29,748 nucleotides of DNA from contig PRDV01000017.1 in assembly GCA_003174035.1 (NCBI GenBank), positions 1 through 29,748 of the forward strand, written 5' to 3'. Source of the stretch: Candidatus Babelota bacterium. Its GTDB lineage: Bacteria; Babelota; Babeliae; Babelales; Babelaceae. Each line of letters starts with the position of its first letter. Position 1 is the first letter of the stretch. Made by a program: the position numbers and the translations under genes. The notes beneath the pieces are model-generated. The model ran no database searches. It was not told the origin of the DNA and was given only the letters and a program-made list of their open reading frames with translations. Shown in pieces: positions 24,056-29,748 of the stretch.

Positions 24056-24841
24056 TTATTTCTTTGCTAGTAACTTGGAAACACTATCAGCAAGCGGACC
24101 AAATGGTTTTGCTGGCTGCCGCTCCTTATCAGATAATTGTATTCGTACCTTCTTTTTTCCCCATTGATACTTGCTATCGAGATAAAAGACATAAGCTATA
24201 TCAAACCAATCCTTTCCATAAAATTCAGCCAAAAATAAGTATGGATTATTTGGTCCTTTTACCTCCAGGGCTCCGAATGTATAATTTTTTAAAGGATATA
24301 ATTCATCCTCCGTAATGTACCATGTTTCTCCCGCCCTCTTAAACTCATTTTGCGCCTTCACGTCAGCATAAATCAATTTATTGCCCCTTTTTGTAGTAAA
24401 GAGAATATCAAGAATCGGAGCATGACCGTAATTTCTGTTATATTTGCTTTCATTTGGTTTTATGGTATAAAAATTTACTTCTTCCTTATATAAGCTATAT
24501 CCCAATTTTTCGAAATGCGCTTTCAAAGAATACACTAAATCTTTCTGAGTTTCTGGTACACAAATGTCAATATCAATGTCCCAAGGAATTATTCCCTTAT
24601 GCCTCACTGCCCCTAACAATGTACCGCTTTCAATAAAGTAATCTATATTAAACGCTGAAAATAGTTCATGAGTGTCTTTCAACATTTGATACAAAGTAAG
24701 AATGAATTTTTCATCTGTCAATTTAACTAGAGTACCATTAACATCCATTATGTTTTTTTCATAACTTGGTTGTGTGGCAAAACCGAGTGACGAATTTAAA
24801 CTACAAAATAAGAGTAAAAAATAGGTGTTTTTTGTCTTCAT
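24056..24841 (-). CDS. LicD/fukutin family nucleotidyltransferase-fold phosphotransferase with signal peptide
   Basis: YFIESGTLLGAVRHKGIIPWDIDIDI, LDILF, LYPLKNYTFGALEVKGPNNP...YGKDW. Confidence 0.88.
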   Translation of the reverse strand: MKTKNTYFLLLFCSLNSSLGFATQPSYEKNIMDVNGTLVKLTDEKFILTLYQMLKDTHELFSAFNIDYFIESGTLLGAVRHKGIIPWDIDIDICVPETQKDLVYSLKAHFEKLGYSLYKEEVNFYTIKPNESKYNRNYGHAPILDILFTTKRGNKLIYADVKAQNEFKRAGETWYITEDELYPLKNYTFGALEVKGPNNPYLFLAEFYGKDWFDIAYVFYLDSKYQWGKKKVRIQLSDKERQPAKPFGPLADSVSKLLAKK

Positions 24842-24967
24842 AAGATTCCTTTCATTTTACGTAAGCAAAGTCCCACAACTCAATTGCTATGATAATTTTA
24901 GCTTGCTCAAGACCTGCTCATCAACAATTCCTGTAACAAGCACAAATCCTCACCAACATCACTGTGG

Positions 24968-25741
24968 TTAACCCATACATTTTTTATTGGCGAAGAGCAC
25001 ATTCCCGTACCATCGTCCTTTTTTGGTACTTGAACGCGATAGAGCCTGTGTTTCATCAAAATCTAAAGCTATAGGTTCAAAACCGTTAAGTGCCATCCAA
25101 TTTTTAACATCGCGGTAGAGGGCTTGCCCTTCATAGGCCTCCACAAATTCCACTTCCATATAGACAAGCTTTACCGAAGGCAAAATGGTAGTGGCATGTT
25201 GAAGAGCTGCCAGCTCGTGACCTTGCATATCAAGCCACATAAGATCTATTTTCGAAATCATCTTTTCTTTGACCCATAAATCAATCGTGGTTGTAGTAAC
25301 GGCAATCTGCGTAGGAAACACCACCGACTTGCTAAAATTTAAATGCTCCTTTGGTGACAATAGAGAACCTGATGCACTAGGCTTTCCCGGCTTAGTTGTA
25401 CGTTCTGACACAAAAAAAGTGGCGGTTCCTTGTCTATCTGAGAGAGCTAAAGGATAGGTTATAATGTTTTTGAACGAAGAAGTATTTTTTACTAAATTGG
25501 CGTAATGCTCTGGCACTGGCTCAAAAGTATGAATTTCAGAATCTGGCCACAATTTAGCCATTTGCTTAGCGGTATTTCCCGTAAGCGCACCCGCTTCAAG
25601 AATTACGGGATTTGTAGGTAGTAAATTCTTTAACAGAGAAAACACCCCGGCCGTGTCGCGGGAAATTTGTATCATTGGCCAAACGTTCCCCGATACCATC
25701 GTTAAAAAGGCTATAGTTAAGATATTCTGTCTTATCATCAT
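24968..25741 (-). CDS. FkbM family (Methyltransf_21) methyltransferase with N-terminal signal/anchor
   Basis: VILEAGALTG, IHTFEPVP, TTTIDLW, KIDLMWLDMQGHELAALQ, VYMEV, GNVLF. Confidence 0.85.
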   Translation of the reverse strand: MMIRQNILTIAFLTMVSGNVWPMIQISRDTAGVFSLLKNLLPTNPVILEAGALTGNTAKQMAKLWPDSEIHTFEPVPEHYANLVKNTSSFKNIITYPLALSDRQGTATFFVSERTTKPGKPSASGSLLSPKEHLNFSKSVVFPTQIAVTTTTIDLWVKEKMISKIDLMWLDMQGHELAALQHATTILPSVKLVYMEVEFVEAYEGQALYRDVKNWMALNGFEPIALDFDETQALSRSSTKKGRWYGNVLFANKKCMG

Positions 25742-26069
25742 AAAATTCCTTCGCCAAACGCATTAATTGTTACACAACCCACTTTGGGATCATTCAGGTT
25801 AAAACCTTAGGGCTAAAGCTATTAGCACAACTAATATATCCTTTCTTTAACACACAGGTTCATTATATTTTATTGAGGGCGATCCGTTCAATAGAAAAGT
25901 TGTTTTTATTTGGACACTTTTGAATCAAAATTTTACAAACAAGTATCCTAACTTCTTTATTTTCTTGAAAGCCGAGCAAGATACCACCAAGCCATCATCA
26001 CCATTTTAAGACAATCTAAAAATCCAATGAGCTTTCTAAGCAGGGTTTTTCGAGCGACATAGAAAATTC

Positions 26070-26099
26070 TTGACTTGAGCAATTATAGAATAATAGTAT
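26070..26099 (+). promoter_or_regulatory. Candidate sigma70 promoter for GT47 paralog 6
   Basis: TTGACT-18 nt-TAGTAT. Confidence 0.4.
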
Positions 26100-26179
26100 A
26101 AATCAACGACAAAAATGTAGAACGAAACTTTTTAATTAGTATGAAAAGAGAAATATTACCAACCACAGAGGGGATCTCT

Positions 26180-27127
26180 ATGAATATATATTATATTTTA
26201 GCACTACTAGCTTTTTCATCACTTATTGGAAATTCGTCATATGCACGATTTGAAGAATCTTCAGCACTCTATCATGGAACTTATAGTGAGAATTTTGTAA
26301 CGCGCTGGGGCTTTCAAAGTAAGTGCGATCATTGTTTTGATCCGCGCACAAAATGGCCAACTGTGGGATTAAACAACTTGAACCCGCAAGCAGTAAAGGC
26401 TGGGGATATTATTTTTGTACGAGATGTAAAGACTTTTTTGAAAACAGTACATCCTAAAATTCTAAACCCCTATATTATGATTACAGCGGGAGACGTGAAA
26501 GATCGGACGCGAGAAATATTTATGCAAAGCCTTAATAGTCCAAAAATTATTGCCTGGTTTTCAGTGCATGCTTGTACACTGTCACACCACAAGTTCCACC
26601 CCATTCCGTTAGGCATTATTCAGACACGCGCACATTATGAAAATCGTTCGGAGATGACCAATTTTTTTGCACAGCTTCGTCAAAACGAAAGAAACAAATT
26701 ACTCACTATGAACTTTTTAATGCAGAATAAACCCTCTCGCACGGAGGTCTACAAACTGTTTGAAAATGCCTCTTTTTGCGATAAGGCCCATACCCTTCCA
26801 TTTCTAGATTATTTGAAACATATGGCACAATTTAAATTCGCGCTCTCACCCCGTGGCGTAGCGATTGACACCTATCGCACCTGGGAAGCAATGTTGGTGG
26901 GCACTATACCAGTCGTGGAAAGTTCGCAACTAGACGGACTATACGCAGATTTACCTATTCTTATTATAAAAGATTGGAATGAGATAACACCATCATTTTT
27001 AGAACAAAAATATAAAGAAATGACCTCAAAAAAATATAATATTGAAAAGTTATTTATGGAGTATTGGTGGAAAAAAATTGAAGATGTCCAGAGAACATTT
27101 CTCAATAAGATAGCTCAACCAAAATAA
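26180..27127 (+). CDS. Exostosin/GT47-like glycosyltransferase (paralog 6)
   Basis: FALSPRGVAIDTYRTWEAMLVGTIPVV, FVTRWGFQSKCDHCFDP. ATG 26180 (GAGGGGA RBS) gives the signal MNIYYILALLAFSSLIGNSSYA. Closest by eye to paralog 4. Confidence 0.7.
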   Translation: MNIYYILALLAFSSLIGNSSYARFEESSALYHGTYSENFVTRWGFQSKCDHCFDPRTKWPTVGLNNLNPQAVKAGDIIFVRDVKTFLKTVHPKILNPYIMITAGDVKDRTREIFMQSLNSPKIIAWFSVHACTLSHHKFHPIPLGIIQTRAHYENRSEMTNFFAQLRQNERNKLLTMNFLMQNKPSRTEVYKLFENASFCDKAHTLPFLDYLKHMAQFKFALSPRGVAIDTYRTWEAMLVGTIPVVESSQLDGLYADLPILIIKDWNEITPSFLEQKYKEMTSKKYNIEKLFMEYWWKKIEDVQRTFLNKIAQPK

Positions 27128-27146
27128 TGGATACCCATTGATAGCT

Positions 27147-27198
27147 AAAATTCGTGTGAGCATTGAGATACATTAATCCCAATACTCATACGAATTTT
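27147..27198. terminator. Long intergenic hairpin between convergent genes (bidirectional terminator or palindromic element)
   Basis: AAAATTCGTGTGAGCATTGAGAT-acatta-ATCCCAATACTCATACGAATTTT, 23-bp arms with 3 transition mismatches. Confidence 0.6.
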
Positions 27199-27202
27199 TT
27201 AA

Positions 27203-27682
27203 TTAATTAACCAATGGTGATCGGAAAATTGTTATGACTTTTTTTGCATTTTTTTCTTCGATTCCTGGAATTAAGGCTATTGCTTTAATCGTTACACTTT
27301 TCAAATCATTTTCTCTATCCAGAATAGGGGCCTTAACCGTCAGATATAAATAAACTTTTTCATTCACATCGAGCGATTCTAGAAACCCACTTACAGAGAT
27401 CCCACCGTTCACCAGCCGATCAGATACTACTAATCTATCAGAAGTAGCAGAACCATAAACCATGCCCTGGCCGGCAAGTTCATCAATCTGAAGAGTAATC
27501 TGCTTAAGTATGTTCTTAGATCTATTCTGTATGCTAATCGTATAAGTAGTCTCTTGACCCTCTTCTAAAATGGAATCCCCTGTTATCATAACCTGGGCTG
27601 TTTTAGCAAAAAGCTCAATCACGCTTACACCTAGAAAGCATAATACGATTGCTAAAAATATTGATTTTAAATCGCGTTTCAT
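27203..27682 (-). CDS. Small exported DUF11-like domain protein, copy B
   Basis: ATG 27682 with GGAGGA RBS; signal MKRDLKSIFLAIVLCFLGVSVIELFA; then VMITGDSILEEGQETTYTISIQN...GMVYGSA...LDVNEKVYLYLTVK. Confidence 0.55.
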   Translation of the reverse strand: MKRDLKSIFLAIVLCFLGVSVIELFAKTAQVMITGDSILEEGQETTYTISIQNRSKNILKQITLQIDELAGQGMVYGSATSDRLVVSDRLVNGGISVSGFLESLDVNEKVYLYLTVKAPILDRENDLKSVTIKAIALIPGIEEKNAKKVITIFRSPLVN

Positions 27683-27752
27683 ATATCCTCCAAATAAATA
27701 TTTTGTCCTCTTTATAATTAGCAATCTCACTTGCCAGAGTTTTGTTGATATA

Positions 27753-27782
27753 TATATAATCATCACCCCCATCAAAAATCAA
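27753..27782 (-). promoter_or_regulatory. Candidate sigma70 promoter for DUF11-like copy B
   Basis: TTGATT-18 nt-TATATA on the minus strand, located outside the IS end. Confidence 0.35.
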
Positions 27783-27853
27783 GGAAAATATGCTTTAAAG
27801 CATTCAATTTTAAAAACCCTACAATTAAGACTAATACCCCATCTACAGAATAA

Positions 27854-29748
27854 CTCACATTCCGCACCCATAGATGGCATATTTCATTTTTTAAGGTACT
27901 GAACCCCTAATTTCGGTCGATCCTAATGAGAGCCTTAGTTTTGCTTTTTTTATAGCTAAAGCAAAAGAAGCGAGCTCCTGCCTAGTAGGCAATTACTAGA
28001 ACTATATCATTAACAACCTCCTTTCCTTTGAGGTTTACGATTAGAGGCCAATAAGATACATACGCATACATGAGCTTCCTAAGAATTTTAATATATGTCT
28101 GAGTTGATCAGGTAGGTTGAGTACAAGCATGTGGAGTTCGGTTCCTTTAGCTATACTGGCTATAATAACACCTTCAAACATTTGAAAGACCCACCGCATA
28201 GTTGGCTTTTGAGTAGGCTTACCCTTCTGATCTGGAACAGTAGCATTTTGATCTACAAGTGCTTTACGAAGCTTTCTCTCTGCAAGGGAATATACTAATA
28301 AGCAAAGGCACATTATCATTGCAAGTGCAACTATGCGCTTCTCATTCTTAAGAAATACAGATGAGGCTAAACAGAGCGGGTCCTTGAGAAATCTGAATCC
28401 GCTTTCTACCTTGTTTTGATCCTTATAATAGGATAGGATCTCTTCTGTAGACAATGCTTGCTTGTCAAGCTCATTTGTTGCAAGCACAAACATGCTGCCT
28501 AATACTTTAGCCTTTTCAATTCGAGCGACATCTTCGACTATTTTAATTGAAGAGTAAAAAATCGAGATTGAACGCGACGTTTCAGAAGGCCTTCCTCCAG
28601 TTATAATTTTTTTTGTTCCTTGATATGCTCAATCTCAAGTTTGTGGTATTTCAGTTTTTTCCCCACTGGAAGAATGGCTTTTTCAGCATCTTCCCTGCAG
28701 TTGTATTCTGTTGAATGAACCTTTTTAATAGCCTTTTCTATCTCAAGCTTCTCTTTTTTAACCAAAGCCTTAACGCTTTTTTCAGCTCGATCATGAGCTG
28801 GTTTTGAATAAACAAGCACCCATCGTTGTTCAATTTCACCATATTTCATCGGCATTTCTATTACTTTATAGTTATCATTTAGAGACATCATGTCCTTTAA
28901 GTCTGCATGCTTAGCTTTCAATTCACTTATTTGCTTGATTTTTTCAGGCACACGGCTTATCCACGGAATATTAACCTTAACGGCTTCTTCGTTGTAAAAG
29001 GCACAATCGAGAACAGCATAAAACTTGTCTTCATTATCTTTGATATTGCTTTGCATCATTTTTAATACTTCACGAAAATGCACCGAATCAGACGTGTTTC
29101 CAGGGATTGCCTGTGCATAAAGAGGTATGCCTCCATCGTTGCTCACCATCATTGAAATAAGGAATTGTTTTAGATCGACGCGTCCCTGCTTTGCGTACCC
29201 AAATGAAATAAATTGCATAGCTTTGTCTTCATCTTCATATTCTCCATGTACCTGAAGATTTGTGGTATCAAGGTGTCTAAACTTTCTATTCACGTTCTGT
29301 TGTTTTGCTGCATTAAGCGCAATATGTGAGAATATTTTCGTGCAATCATTTTCATAGAGCCGATCTAGAGCTCTACCCAAAGTATCATCATTTAAGTCAT
29401 CGGCAATGATTCCTTCTCCTAATAAATGTTCTATAGGCTTAGTATTAAAAAATTGGTGCGCTAAGTACATTGGTCTTGTAGTATATCCCATTCCATTGAT
29501 GATCATCGCTTTTACACAAGTTCCTATTGATATTTTTCTTTGTAGATCAGATCCAGTAAGCTTATTTATATCGGCTTCCACCATTATTTCGTCACATATC
29601 CCAGCAATTAGTCCGTAATGATGTAGATCAAGCGCTTTTAGCTCCATTTCTCCGCTTCCCTTTCTTGTTGTAAGCGCTAAAATTATCACATAATTGCCGG
29701 TTTTTTTCAAAAAAATGTGTTGTGCTTATTCGGGGTGCGGAATGTGAG
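27854..29748 (-). mobile_element. IS1634-family insertion sequence, 1895 bp, both ends visible
   Basis: Perfect 16-bp terminal inverted repeats CTCACATTCCGCACCC (27854-27869) and GGGTGCGGAATGTGAG (29733-29748) enclose a DDE transposase. The target duplication cannot be assessed because the right flank is outside the window. Confidence 0.88.
28041..29647 (-). pseudogene. IS1634-family transposase interrupted by a -1 frameshift at an A8 tract (about 28607-28614)
   Basis: Upstream part (ATG 29647): HHYGLIAG, LNDDTLGRALDRLY, HLDTT, FGYAKQGRVDLKQF, GNTSD, LDCAFY. Downstream part: FVLATN, YKDQNKVESGFRFLKDP, KRIVAL, GKPTQKPTMRWVFQ. The -1 frame bridges the two without a stop (IITGGRPSE...LGSMFVLATN). 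Confidence 0.85.

Noticed and set aside
23962-24956. 11-nt direct repeat CCTCACCAACA at 23962 and 24946 in successive intergenic regions
   Set aside because: Only two copies, at different distances from starts and without dyad symmetry; a chance match is plausible.
25742-26179. Hidden small gene or ncRNA in the 438-nt divergent spacer
   Set aside because: The frames I translated close quickly and no strong hairpin was found. It is consistent with divergent promoter DNA.
3329-27127. Conventional O-antigen/capsule/EPS biosynthesis cluster
   Set aside because: No wzx/wzy/wzz/wzm-wzt, initiating transferase or NDP-sugar genes in the window; mixed orientations; export leaders on all enzymes. It cannot be excluded that such genes lie elsewhere.
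1-27682. Giant-virus or eukaryotic origin of the window
   Set aside because: Shine-Dalgarno sites, ATGA/GTGA gene coupling, sigma70-like promoters, intrinsic terminators, absence of introns and a bacterial IS all indicate a bacterium.
2166-27902. Remaining 60-190 aa ORFs overlapping the main genes (e.g. 2953, 4320, 6852, 12502, 14032, 17479, 19496, 22232, 27570) as possible overlapping genes
   Set aside because: They are antisense or alternate-frame by-products of well-supported genes, with no recognisable domains or translation signals.
9918-29710. ORF-track starts at 9918, 11204, 15731, 22022, 26141, 27775 and 29710
   Set aside because: Downstream ATGs (9954, 11231, 15842, 22040, 26180, 27682, 29647) have better RBS or coupling and, for the non-transposase genes, place the signal peptide at the N-terminus.
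1-29748. CRISPR array, tRNA, rRNA, prophage or integrase
   Set aside because: No regularly spaced repeats, cloverleaf or rRNA-like segments, or phage/integrase motifs were seen by eye; no covariance search was run.

Overview
AT-rich bacterial window with 25 intact or edge-truncated protein genes and one IS1634-family element at the right end. The element has perfect 16-bp terminal inverted repeats and a transposase split by a -1 frameshift at an A8 run. Almost all genes encode glycan-building or glycan-tailoring enzymes: six exostosin/GT47-like paralogs, two GT4, two GT2, one GT2-TPR, one GT32, one fucosyltransferase-fold protein, a PIG-L deacetylase, a sulfatase, a LicD phosphotransferase, two SAM methyltransferases, a GNAT acetyltransferase, and three tandem PP-loop/4-Cys (QueC-architecture) proteins of unknown function. 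There are also two small DUF11-like proteins and an ankyrin-repeat protein with an F-box-like segment that the ORF track missed. By eye, all 25 non-transposase proteins begin with a Sec-type signal peptide or signal anchor, although many need cytoplasmic donors (NDP-sugars, SAM, ATP, acetyl-CoA, CDP-alcohols). No donor-synthesis, flippase, polymerase or ABC-export gene is present. This suggests an exported glycan-modification toolkit, plausibly of a protist-associated intracellular bacterium such as Ca. Dependentiae/Babelota or Chlamydiae (inference, unverified). Secondary signals are in-frame palindromic inserts in two PP-loop genes, shared-site loop insertions in two GT47s, a repeated GT47/DUF11 convergent module, and candidate sigma70 promoters that recurrently show an 18-bp spacer. 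No rRNA, tRNA or CRISPR array was seen. Family calls come from motif recognition only; no database search was run.
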